Source: Escherichia coli (GTDB lineage Bacteria > Pseudomonadota > Gammaproteobacteria > Enterobacterales > Enterobacteriaceae). Taken from it: a DNA stretch of 19,728 nt. Below the pieces are notes generated by a model that did no database searches, had not been told where the DNA came from, and saw only the letters and a list, made by a program, of their open reading frames with translations. Location: assembly GCF_003334255.1 (NCBI RefSeq), contig NZ_QOWU01000070.1. One strand, written 5' to 3'. The position numbers and the translations under genes are program-made. This document shows, piece after piece, positions 1 to 7,600 of this stretch; within the stretch, counting starts at the first letter, position 1; each line of letters starts with the position of its first letter.

Positions 1-59
1 TATTTTCCGAATGCATAATGACCTCCTCTGGAATATCCCACCAATGCTATAGTGAGTAT

Positions 60-295
60 ATAAAGGTCATACCATCTTTATGTTCTTTGGCAGCGATCAC
101 GGCGGCGAGCGTGGAGCACTGTTGTACGGGCTGATCGGCACCTGCCGTCTGAACGGCATCGATCCGGAAGCGTATCTGCGCCATATCCTGAGCGTACTGC
201 CGGAATGGCCTTCCAACCGAGTTGATGAACTCCTGCCATGGAACGTAGTACTCACCAATAAATAAGCGTCAATACGGTGCTCCGTTGACGCTTAC
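60..295 (+). mobile_element. IS66-family insertion sequence, 3'-terminal remnant
   Basis: ORF 80-265 matches the conserved C-terminus of IS66-family TnpC (FGSDHGGERGALLY, LIGTCRLNGIDPEAYLRHIL, ELLPWN). It is followed at 266-295 by an imperfect palindrome ending GACGCTTAC, the reverse complement of the GTAAGCG start typical of IS66 terminal inverted repeats. An in-frame stop at 53-55 shows only the last ~60 codons are present, so the element is truncated. Confidence 0.7.
80..265 (+). pseudogene. IS66-family transposase TnpC, C-terminal fragment
   Basis: 61-aa ORF with IS66 TnpC C-terminal motifs; no upstream coding continuity. Confidence 0.7.
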
Positions 296-544
296 GTAGT
301 TTTATGGCAATTTGAAGGATGTAATGGCGCACATCCCGCAACAAAGCTGACTAAAATAGCCAGCATAACGATTTTATTTACCCCCATCTCTTGTTCCTCA
401 ATCCATATAGTTCTCAGTAATAACTGTTTTTCTGGTACAGCACTGACCGTCCAGTTAAACTTATCTCAGTACCATAGCTCTGTCAGAGCAAAACAAATCT
501 TAACGAATACAAGTTAATAGATTATTAATATCCCCCCCTCATCC

Positions 545-3256
545 CTACATTCCAGGTGATGGTGGCGTCCACTCATTATCCTGAACTGGAGTATAAGATG
601 TGTCATTCCCCCCGGATATGCTTTTCTGTTGCCTGATATATTCGTGGTAGTACTGTTCACTACGCTGACGATGTAAATCCACATCCGGGCGGCTGATTAC
701 AAAGTGTCCATTTCCGGTTATTCCAGCTGCATTATGCCAGGCCACCATTTCCGCAAATACATCATTAAACTGTTGATATGAGCCTTCCGGTTCAAAACCC
801 ATTCCAGGCTCACGATCAAACAATACAGGAGCAATCAGATTCAGCTTATCCACCAGTTCATTTCTGTCCTGATGATGGTAGAACACCACACGGTCCCCAT
901 AATCCACACAGACTAACTCGCCATTCCTCCGATCACGAAAACGCACACTGCCATCTTTCTGCAGACGGGCTTCGAGAACGCCAGTGTCTTCATAAAGTGG
1001 AGTTCCTCCCGGTTCACAGATAATCACGCAGCGGTCGGCATTCGTTGTTCGTCGCTTGTCTTTGCGACGATCACGATAATCCCAGCCACGTAACTGTGAT
1101 ACTGCAGCTCTGTCTCCCTGTACCGCCTGTTGCTCCACCCACTGCCGGTAGGACAAAGGATACCACTTACCCTCCGCAATCAGTGACAACCGCTCTTCCT
1201 TCACACTCTCCTTCAGCCTGATCAGCGCCTGCATACGCTGCACTTCCGCAATATGGTAATGCAGCTTACGCAATTGTGGATCCCGGAACTGCACGCGGAT
1301 ATACGCCTTGCGCCGACGGCAGGCAGCATGAATTTCCCGTAACCGTTCTCCGTAACGTAAGTCGGGTTTACGCCAGTGCTCCTTCCATGCAAGATAACGC
1401 GCGCGCAAATCTTCCCGCGCAGCTGCACGGGCTTCACGGCGTTCACGACGCAGTACAGGATCGCGCCGGAAGCCGGGCTCCACTTCATCGCTGGCAGCAA
1501 GTTCCGGATTGTAGCGACATTCAGGCTTCACCCGTTCAAATATATCTGCACCTGCGATCTCAAATGGCCCTGCCTGCGGCTCAGCCCTGGATAATGTCAA
1601 ATCCGGGTGGATACTGCTGGCCTTCACTGGTGTCAGCTCATGATTAAACGCATCCACAATCACAAGACCATGATGCTGTTTCTGCAACATAAGCCCTTTA
1701 CGCGCAAACATCTCATGGCACGCCTGCCAGCTGAAATTCCCGCCCGCGATCATATCTTCAATCAACGACTCACACTGAACAGTCGTGTACCCCCACAGAC
1801 TTTCCTTATCAGAAAACAGTTCGCGCTTTATTGCTCCCTGTGGACCTGTCCCCATCCGCATACGATACCATTCGTAATCACTGACAGCCCGGGTACCGGT
1901 ACTGTGCCCCCGGAATCGTTCTCCGGGGACGACCTGGGTAAAAATATCCTTCGGTACAGGCTGCCATCCGCCTTCCTGATCCTGCATGTAATCCAGCGTC
2001 ATTAACGGCCACACACTGTCTGCACGTACTGGTGTCTGTTGTTTATCAAATCCATCATGCAGTACCAGATGCCCGTGCTGGATCCCCATCCATAATCCAG
2101 CCTTTGCCAGAGTTCTGTGCACATCCAGGCAACTTTCCAGCTCACCATTTCTCGCCATTTCCGGTAAGCGTTCGGCAAAATGACGGCAGGCGTACTGTTT
2201 CAGACTCTCCGTTTCTGCCACTTTTTCCGGCCGGATATCAACGTTTATCGCTTCCGGATCATAACGACCGGGTGTCCCCACCTGACTGAAAATATCTGTC
2301 GGTACAGGCTGATATTCTCCCAGTTTCCGCCCCAGTCTTTCAGCCGTCCATGACGGGCCGAACGAACTGAGCACAACACCTTCCCGCGATCTGTCCCAGC
2401 CATCCTTCACCACCAGTTCTCCCTCCTGCATCGTGATATACAGACCATCACGGGCCAGCCGTTTATGCAAAGACAACCAGTCCTGGGCGGGTTCTTCACG
2501 CAGCCCGGCAATCGACATCTGCGCAATATATTCCCTGAAGGTCTGCTTTTTCCCGCGTCGCCAGGCATTACGGCGCTCACGTACCAGCGCTGTTTTACGC
2601 ACAATACGGTTGCCCGGTGCATGCACAAAACACCCGTTATCCGGTGCAAATCCGTGCTTAAGTTCAAGTTCACGGCATGCACGACTGAGTTTTTCCTTGC
2701 TCCACGGAAGGCAATTGATATAGCCGGTTTCAGGATGAACACGATTCACTGCAACATGTACATGCAGGTTATCGGTGTCTGTATGAACGGCAGCTACATA
2801 CTGATGTTTTGAAAGTTCAAGGGATTTCAGTGTGTGACGTACGCAGTCAAAAAGCTGCTCAGGACGCGGGCTTTCATGCGCAGGCCAGGAAAGAATGTAG
2901 TGAAAAACAGGGTCTGTATCATCTTTGGAAAAATGAGCAAGGTCTGCTGCTTTCTGCATTTCTTCAGCCGCAGATTCAAGAGACAAACAGTTATGAAAGC
3001 AGGTCACACCATAGAAATTCACCCACTGACTGCCGTCTTCCATTACATCAATCAGGGATACAAATTTTTCGTTACGCAGGCGTGTGGCATAGTCAACAAG
3101 CCGTCTGAAGCGGTTACGGTGCGGGACCTCACCTTTCATTTCCGGGTCTGGTTTGAGTTCATCATCCTGCACATCATCCCGCACAGACGTGTACGCAATC
3201 AGGTCTTCAAAGGAAGACCTTCCGTCACGTCTTTTGGGCGGAATGATAGCATTCAT
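545..3256 (-). CDS. nikB: MOBP-family conjugative relaxase (NikB-like), 903 aa
   Basis: Relaxase histidine motif HTDTDNLHVHVAVNRVHPETG (HxDxxxxHxH type). Size and N-terminus (MNAIIPPKRRDGRSSFEDL) fit my memory of IncI1 R64 NikB (~900 aa). Lies directly downstream of a nikA-like gene and oriT. Confidence 0.88.
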   Translation of the reverse strand: MNAIIPPKRRDGRSSFEDLIAYTSVRDDVQDDELKPDPEMKGEVPHRNRFRRLVDYATRLRNEKFVSLIDVMEDGSQWVNFYGVTCFHNCLSLESAAEEMQKAADLAHFSKDDTDPVFHYILSWPAHESPRPEQLFDCVRHTLKSLELSKHQYVAAVHTDTDNLHVHVAVNRVHPETGYINCLPWSKEKLSRACRELELKHGFAPDNGCFVHAPGNRIVRKTALVRERRNAWRRGKKQTFREYIAQMSIAGLREEPAQDWLSLHKRLARDGLYITMQEGELVVKDGWDRSREGVVLSSFGPSWTAERLGRKLGEYQPVPTDIFSQVGTPGRYDPEAINVDIRPEKVAETESLKQYACRHFAERLPEMARNGELESCLDVHRTLAKAGLWMGIQHGHLVLHDGFDKQQTPVRADSVWPLMTLDYMQDQEGGWQPVPKDIFTQVVPGERFRGHSTGTRAVSDYEWYRMRMGTGPQGAIKRELFSDKESLWGYTTVQCESLIEDMIAGGNFSWQACHEMFARKGLMLQKQHHGLVIVDAFNHELTPVKASSIHPDLTLSRAEPQAGPFEIAGADIFERVKPECRYNPELAASDEVEPGFRRDPVLRRERREARAAAREDLRARYLAWKEHWRKPDLRYGERLREIHAACRRRKAYIRVQFRDPQLRKLHYHIAEVQRMQALIRLKESVKEERLSLIAEGKWYPLSYRQWVEQQAVQGDRAAVSQLRGWDYRDRRKDKRRTTNADRCVIICEPGGTPLYEDTGVLEARLQKDGSVRFRDRRNGELVCVDYGDRVVFYHHQDRNELVDKLNLIAPVLFDREPGMGFEPEGSYQQFNDVFAEMVAWHNAAGITGNGHFVISRPDVDLHRQRSEQYYHEYIRQQKSISGGNDTSYTPVQDNEWTPPSPGM

Positions 3257-3267
3257 CAGCGACTGTC

Positions 3268-3600
3268 TCAGCGTCCCATTAAGTCTCTTCGCAGAGTGTT
3301 TGCAAGTTCTGTAATGGCAACGAGGACCTCTGCATACTCTTTATCTCCCGTGCGTTTTCCTTCCACAAACAGATGCTTCTGCAGGTGACCAAGACGCATC
3401 AACTCTTTCAAAAAATCTTCATCAATGCGGGCATTTATCTGTTTTCCCAGCACAGTTTTTCTTATCAGAGTTGAAACTGTCAGTCCGTTTTTTTCTGCCT
3501 TTTCTTTAACAATCTCAGCCTCTTCTGGTGAAAAACGAACAGCAATGAGGACATTCTTTTGCCGTTTCTCACTGCCATTTCGGTTTTTCTTCTCACTCAT
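3268..3600 (-). CDS. nikA: Relaxosome accessory protein NikA (ribbon-helix-helix oriT-binding), 110 aa
   Basis: 110-aa product starting MSEKKNRNGSEKRQ with SD AAGGAG 6 nt upstream of the ATG at 3598-3600; the longer 139-aa ORF in the track would overlap the oriT repeat. Small basic protein immediately upstream of the relaxase, the R64 nikA-nikB arrangement. Confidence 0.85.
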   Translation of the reverse strand: MSEKKNRNGSEKRQKNVLIAVRFSPEEAEIVKEKAEKNGLTVSTLIRKTVLGKQINARIDEDFLKELMRLGHLQKHLFVEGKRTGDKEYAEVLVAITELANTLRRDLMGR

Positions 3601-3641
3601 GGTCTGCTCCTTACCAGGGTGTCGGGGCAAAGCCCTGACCA

Positions 3642-3700
3642 GGTGGTAATCGTATAGCCGTGCGTGCGCGGTTATACGATTACACATCCTGTCCCGTTTT
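3642..3700 (+). other. oriT: oriT: inverted repeat (arms 3646-3656 / 3673-3683) followed by nick-core-like ACATCCTG TCCCG
   Basis: 11-bp inverted repeat GTAATCGTATA / TATACGATTAC, then 8 bp later ATCCTG (3686-3691) resembling the MOBP nic core (RP4 ATCCTG|C); sits between nikA and the leading region. Nick position 3691|3692 is inferred by analogy only. Confidence 0.6.
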
Positions 3701-3832
3701 TCAGGCCATTATAGCCTGTTATTTTTGTGCATCATAGTCTTATGCAGACGGCAGAGGCAGGGCGCAGCCCTGCCAGGAGGCAGTTTTTGGTGATAAAATC
3801 AGGCTTCAACATGAAACGGAGAGAAAGTGCCA

Positions 3833-4168
3833 ATGGCTTCTAAAAAATTTTACTCAGATGATGACATCCAGCTGGCAAAAGCTGCTTTATCGGAATTGCC
3901 GGACCTCACCGCTCAACGGAAAACATTGCGTGATTTTCTTGATGCCATTCGTGATGACATCATTGTCCTGGTAAGGACAAAGGGTTATACACTGACAGAT
4001 GTTCGTGACACGCTCAAAAATGCAGGGTATGAAGTAGGAGAGAAAGCACTTCGTGACATTATTCGGGAAGCAGAATCGAAAAAACCATCCCGCCGTTCTT
4101 CCTCTAAAACAGCACCTAAAAAGACAGATTCAGGCAGGAAAGATGGCATCGATATGAACAACAATTGA
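3833..4168 (+). CDS. Hypothetical small basic protein (possible DNA-binding), 111 aa
   Basis: ORF with ATG at 3833 preceded by GGAGAGAAA; C-terminal lysine/arginine/serine-rich tail; stop directly followed by the perfect palindrome GATGTGAC ga GTCACATC (4167-4185). Function not recognised. Confidence 0.6.
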   Translation: MASKKFYSDDDIQLAKAALSELPDLTAQRKTLRDFLDAIRDDIIVLVRTKGYTLTDVRDTLKNAGYEVGEKALRDIIREAESKKPSRRSSSKTAPKKTDSGRKDGIDMNNN

Positions 4169-4212
4169 TGTGACGATGTCACATCGTGTTCTGAGATTAT
4201 GATGATTACAGA

Positions 4213-4249
4213 AAAAAAAGCCCCGGCATAAATACCAGGGCTTTTCTGT
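4213..4249 (-). terminator. Rho-independent terminator for the minus-strand leading-region transcript
   Basis: On the minus strand: stem AAAGCCCTGG / CCGGGGCTTT with one mismatch, followed by a run of 8 T; located just after the stop of the 4254-5102 gene. Confidence 0.7.
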
Positions 4250-4253
4250 TTGA

Positions 4254-5102
4254 TCAGACTCGTGGCGGCAATGCACCAGGATAATGACGTGCAATAATAT
4301 CATTCAGTTTTTCAACAAGGTCAGGACACTTAAAGACAATATGTACGGTCCCTTTCTGGTAGCCACGCACCGTAAAATATTCCCCTTCAAACAACTCACC
4401 GATATTGTCGCCGTTCCCGAGATATTCACCATACTGCGCCCCGATGCTGTTCCTGAAGTCAGGAACGTTGCGTCCCTCCAGCAGATAAAACGGACGTACC
4501 AGGTCATCCAGTGCCTCCCGTCCGCTGCAGTCCAGCGTCACACGCCCGTTACTCCAGCGGTACAGCAGGTTTTCAATAATGATTTTCTTGCCCAGACGGC
4601 AGGGATTATTGGTTCTGTAATCCCATGACAATTTCCGGTAGACATCAATCAGTCCCTGTTCAAATGTCTGCATCTTGCTGGCATTCAGATGGCGAAAAGT
4701 TGCCAGTACATTGTCCAGGGTGATTTCAGGACAGGTGTCGCTCATCAGCTGGCTGTTCCACTCATCACGCTGGCATGAACTCATGAAGGTGTACATCCCC
4801 GTATCCGCCATCAGGCGGTCCCAGATTTTACGGTCGGCAAGACGGGTGATATTCTTTTTTGCTTCTTCCGGTTTATCCATGCATCGAACGGAGTCAGTCA
4901 CGCAGTCTTCAAACCCGTAGAGAAAAATGTCACCAGAAGCATCGAGCAGAATCCTGCGTGCTGTCGCCAGGCATTCCATCGCCTGCATGAACAGTGCAAT
5001 ACCTTCGTTACGCTGCGCGATAATGCGGTCGATGGCCACAGACGGAATAATATCTGTCGTGCCGGCAGTATTCAGGTCAGCAGTGGGTAAAGTCTGATTC
5101 AT
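4254..5102 (-). CDS. Hypothetical protein, first gene of the leading region (possibly DUF4942-like), 282 aa
   Basis: Long ORF; ATG at 5100-5102 with SD GAGGAG 8 nt upstream (the track start is a GTG one codon earlier). No methyltransferase, HExxH or nuclease motif seen by eye. The family assignment is from memory and weak. Confidence 0.75.
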   Translation of the reverse strand: MNQTLPTADLNTAGTTDIIPSVAIDRIIAQRNEGIALFMQAMECLATARRILLDASGDIFLYGFEDCVTDSVRCMDKPEEAKKNITRLADRKIWDRLMADTGMYTFMSSCQRDEWNSQLMSDTCPEITLDNVLATFRHLNASKMQTFEQGLIDVYRKLSWDYRTNNPCRLGKKIIIENLLYRWSNGRVTLDCSGREALDDLVRPFYLLEGRNVPDFRNSIGAQYGEYLGNGDNIGELFEGEYFTVRGYQKGTVHIVFKCPDLVEKLNDIIARHYPGALPPRV

Positions 5103-5152
5103 CACATTGTCTCCTCATCGTCACGACTGCCGGGTCAGCCAGGTCATTTCCC

Positions 5153-5463
5153 GGAGGAGCGAAGCTCCTTCTGCCGTCCGGGTCTTCGGGGATTTCCCCG
5201 CAGTGGACCTTTCCGACGGGGGACGCTCACCACGTCACGGGGCAGTTGTCCGGGGGCAGACGCAAAAGTTTTTGACGCCTGCGGCAAAAAGTTTTGTGGC
5301 TGGTACATCTCTCCCCTGGACGACTGAAACGGGATGTGGTCGTGTATGTACCCCCGGAAAGTCCGTCTGCGGAGAACAGGCCGCAGTGCGGCGGCAGACA
5401 GGCAGAGACAGCTGCGCCATCAGGCGCAGTGGCATTACACACCGTCAGGTGTGCAGGGAGCGC
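5153..5463 (+). promoter_or_regulatory. Structured GC-rich element resembling a single-stranded-DNA promoter (Frpo/ssi type), copy 1
   Basis: No credible coding despite many overlapping ORFs; dense hairpins (GGAGC gaa GCTCC, CGGGGAttTCCCCG, CTGCGCC atca GGCGCAG, CACACC gtca GGTGTG); contains TTGACG inside a hairpin; paralogous to 8317-8626. Confidence 0.6.
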
Positions 5464-5578
5464 CGCATCCGGCGCGACTGAAGAAAAACGACGGCACAAC
5501 AATGGCATGTGGTGGTCACTGGCACACCACTCCCGCACAGGTGAAAACAGAGAAAACCGCACGACATCTGCAATTAAA

Positions 5579-5667
5579 AAAAGTGAAATTTCTTCACTTT
5601 TTCACACTTATTTTTCGCGCTGATTTGGTGATTATGGTGATAAAATAAAGTGAAGTTTTTTCACTTT
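5579..5667 (+). promoter_or_regulatory. Twin operator-like palindromes and promoter upstream of the HTH gene
   Basis: Two copies of AAAGTGAA-N5/6-TTCACTTT (5579-5600 and 5647-5667) flanking an AT-rich -10-like stretch, ending 15 bp before the ATG at 5682. Confidence 0.55.
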
Positions 5668-5681
5668 TTCAAAGGTGTTTT

Positions 5682-5933
5682 ATGACCGGCTGGGAACTGC
5701 GAATCTGGCGAAAAAGCATGCTCTGGTCACGCGAAAAAGCGGCCAGAGAATTTGGCGTGACGCAGAGAACATGGCACGCCTGGGAAAATGCGGAACAGGT
5801 GGATGTCACCGTCTGGAGGACCACCCAGGCACTTTCAGTCCGTGACCTGCTGCCTCACATGCAGGGGATGCGTAAGGCAGATATCATCAGGCGACTGGAA
5901 AATGAACTGGGGGAAACGGCAGAGGATGTGTGA
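5682..5933 (+). CDS. Small helix-turn-helix (XRE-like) DNA-binding protein, 83 aa
   Basis: ATG with AAAGGTG SD; N-terminal segment ELRIWRKSMLWSREKAAREFGVTQRTWHAWEN fits an XRE-type HTH; preceded by the twin palindromes. Confidence 0.65.
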   Translation: MTGWELRIWRKSMLWSREKAAREFGVTQRTWHAWENAEQVDVTVWRTTQALSVRDLLPHMQGMRKADIIRRLENELGETAEDV

Positions 5934-5963
5934 GCGTGATTCACAGCCTGGCTGAATGCCAGG

Positions 5964-6122
5964 CTACTGCTCATCAGGAAACAGCTTTTTCAGTTCTTCA
6001 CCGGAAAGTCCCGTGACCTCCTGAATCCGTTCCGGCGGCCAGCCCATATTCCAAAGCCGGCAGGCTATTTCCCGCGCCACTTCAAGTGCGCCTTTTTGAA
6101 TAAGACGTTCTGCAATCGTCAT
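5964..6122 (-). CDS. Free-standing RpnS-like small protein (paralog of the Rpn C-terminal domain), 52 aa
   Basis: MTIAERLIQKGALEVAREIACRLWNMGWPPERIQEVTGLSGEELKKLF parallels the C-terminal tail of the adjacent Rpn protein; own ATG at 6120-6122 with SD CAGGAG; separated from rpn by a terminator hairpin. Confidence 0.6.
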   Translation of the reverse strand: MTIAERLIQKGALEVAREIACRLWNMGWPPERIQEVTGLSGEELKKLFPDEQ

Positions 6123-6146
6123 GCTGTTTGCTCTGCTCCTGCTGAC

Positions 6147-6172
6147 AAAAAAGCCCGGGATTTTGCCGGGCT
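6147..6172 (-). terminator. Rho-independent terminator immediately after the rpn stop codon
   Basis: Minus strand: stem AGCCCGG / CCGGGCT (6152-6172) followed by TTTTT (6147-6151). Confidence 0.6.
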
Positions 6173-6184
6173 TTGTGGTTCTCA

Positions 6185-7147
6185 TCAGTAAGTGATTTTC
6201 TTCAGTTCGTCATCGGAAAGTCCGGTAGCCTGCTTAATCTGCTCCGGCGTCATCCCCATTTTCTGAAGCTGGCACGCAATAGCCAGGGCTTTTTCAAGCG
6301 CTCCTTCCATGCGTCCTTCCATGCGTCCTTCCATGCGTCCTTCCATCCTGCCTTCCTGGCGACCTTTTTGCTCAAGACGTTCTGCGATAGTCATCAGTTT
6401 ATCCTCATGCTGCGGCAGACGCTCAGCCAGCGCCCGCATAAATTCCGGTGATACAGAGTCCCCTGCGTTAACGATGTAATGAATCAGAACACGCACCTGC
6501 TCGTCTGAAATTTCCACCATGACCTGCGGGAGTTTGTCCAGCAGCTCCATCATGTCACGATGGCGGATATGCTTCATCAGCAGCGTCAGTGCGGCCATCC
6601 GGCGATGGTTCATGATTTCATTGTCATCAACGACAGTGATATCAACCAGCGGAAACGGCTTTGTGTATATTTTAGCCGCAAGTGCCGGATTCTCAAAACA
6701 GTCCAGCCAGTTCATGCTGTACGGGTACGGGCTGCGCTCACCGTGATAGAACAGCACCGGAATCACCAGTGGCAACGTTTTGTGCTGCTCCAGATGTCTC
6801 TGCATCGCCGCCACACTGTAGCGTAACATGCGAAAAGGCATGTACAGATTTTCTGTGCTCTGGTGCTCGATGAGCGTATAAACATAGCCGTCTTCACCCC
6901 CGGTGGTTTTCACGCTCCAGAGGATATCGCTGGCGTACTGATGCAGGTCCGGCTCTACAAAGGTGGCGGGTTCCAGCTTCAGCGTGGACAGGTCGCACAA
7001 CTGCCGGTACTCCGCCGGAAGATGCAGTTCCAGAAAATCTCTGGCGACGTCGGGATTCGCCAGGAACGACCGGAACGCGGCATCATGCGGCGTGGGCGTT
7101 GTGGTGGTTTTCTTCTTACTCACTTTCCCTCCATGAGTTATTATCAC
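6185..7147 (-). CDS. Rpn-family (YhgA-like, PD-(D/E)XK) recombination-promoting nuclease with internal RpnS-like start
   Basis: N-terminus TPHDAAFRSFLANPDVARDFLELHLPAEYRQLCDLSTLKLE and the core ASDILWSV ... YVYTLIEHQS closely parallel E. coli RpnA as I recall it. C-terminal repeat linker and tail are present; an internal ATG at 6392-6394 with SD GAGGA would give a 69-aa C-terminal product. True start may be the GTG at 7121-7123 (SD GGAGGG). Confidence 0.8.
   Translation of the reverse strand: MIITHGGKVSKKKTTTTPTPHDAAFRSFLANPDVARDFLELHLPAEYRQLCDLSTLKLEPATFVEPDLHQYASDILWSVKTTGGEDGYVYTLIEHQSTENLYMPFRMLRYSVAAMQRHLEQHKTLPLVIPVLFYHGERSPYPYSMNWLDCFENPALAAKIYTKPFPLVDITVVDDNEIMNHRRMAALTLLMKHIRHRDMMELLDKLPQVMVEISDEQVRVLIHYIVNAGDSVSPEFMRALAERLPQHEDKLMTIAERLEQKGRQEGRMEGRMEGRMEGRMEGALEKALAIACQLQKMGMTPEQIKQATGLSDDELKKITY
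6302..6349 (-). repeat. In-frame 12-bp tandem repeat (3 perfect + 1 variant unit) encoding (EGRM)n in the Rpn linker
   Basis: Plus-strand unit TCCTTCCATGCG repeated head-to-tail; translates on the minus strand to RMEG repeats (QEGRMEGRMEGRMEGRMEG). Confidence 0.9.
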
Positions 7148-7204
7148 CGGAATTATACGCCCGTGCGGTACGCACCTGCCACGGGCAGAAAGAAGGGAAC
7201 AGAT

Positions 7205-7534
7205 TTACAGTCGTGTATACAGCCCGGTATCCCGGGTAAAAAGCCACTGCAGCTGATCGCAATAAATCCCCTCGTGCTCCGATATCTGCGCTATCCGGGA
7301 ACCCTGTTTGCTGTAAAACGTCACCGTGTAATCATCGGCAAACGTTAATTTGATCCGGACAATATTAATATTATTTTTCGCAAAATATGACGGTAACTGA
7401 AAGCATAAACCGCATTCACCATTATCATCAAAATAAGCCAGATTTTTAGCGCCGGTCATAACAACAAATCGCTGGCTCCCCAGCTGTCCGAGAATTGTTT
7501 GAGCGACATGTTCAGCATAACTCATATTCTTCAT
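7205..7534 (-). CDS. Hypothetical protein, 109 aa
   Basis: ORF in an AT-rich block behind structured element copy 2; weak SD; no recognisable motif. Confidence 0.6.
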   Translation of the reverse strand: MKNMSYAEHVAQTILGQLGSQRFVVMTGAKNLAYFDDNGECGLCFQLPSYFAKNNINIVRIKLTFADDYTVTFYSKQGSRIAQISEHEGIYCDQLQWLFTRDTGLYTRL

Positions 7535-7600
7535 TCTAATATCCTGACGAGAGATATGCCGCAGGAGACACGACTACCTGCGACACTGATAATTGGGGAC

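Noticed and set aside
778-3108. Plus-strand ORFs of 72-132 aa antisense to nikB
   Set aside because: Fully embedded in the well-supported 903-aa relaxase gene on the opposite strand; no independent evidence.
3425-3649. 74-aa plus-strand ORF antisense to nikA
   Set aside because: Embedded in nikA on the opposite strand; low-complexity translation; no start signal.
5107-5648. Several overlapping ORFs of 66-124 aa on both strands within structured element copy 1
   Set aside because: They overlap each other in GC-rich, hairpin-dense sequence, lack SD sequences and give low-complexity Arg/Ala/Gly-rich translations; they are better explained as open frames in structured non-coding DNA.
6302-6349. 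Possibility that the 12-bp tandem repeat is a CRISPR-like or minisatellite element
   Set aside because: Units are contiguous with no spacers, in frame, and inside a coding sequence where homologs carry a peptide repeat; no CRISPR array is present anywhere in the window.
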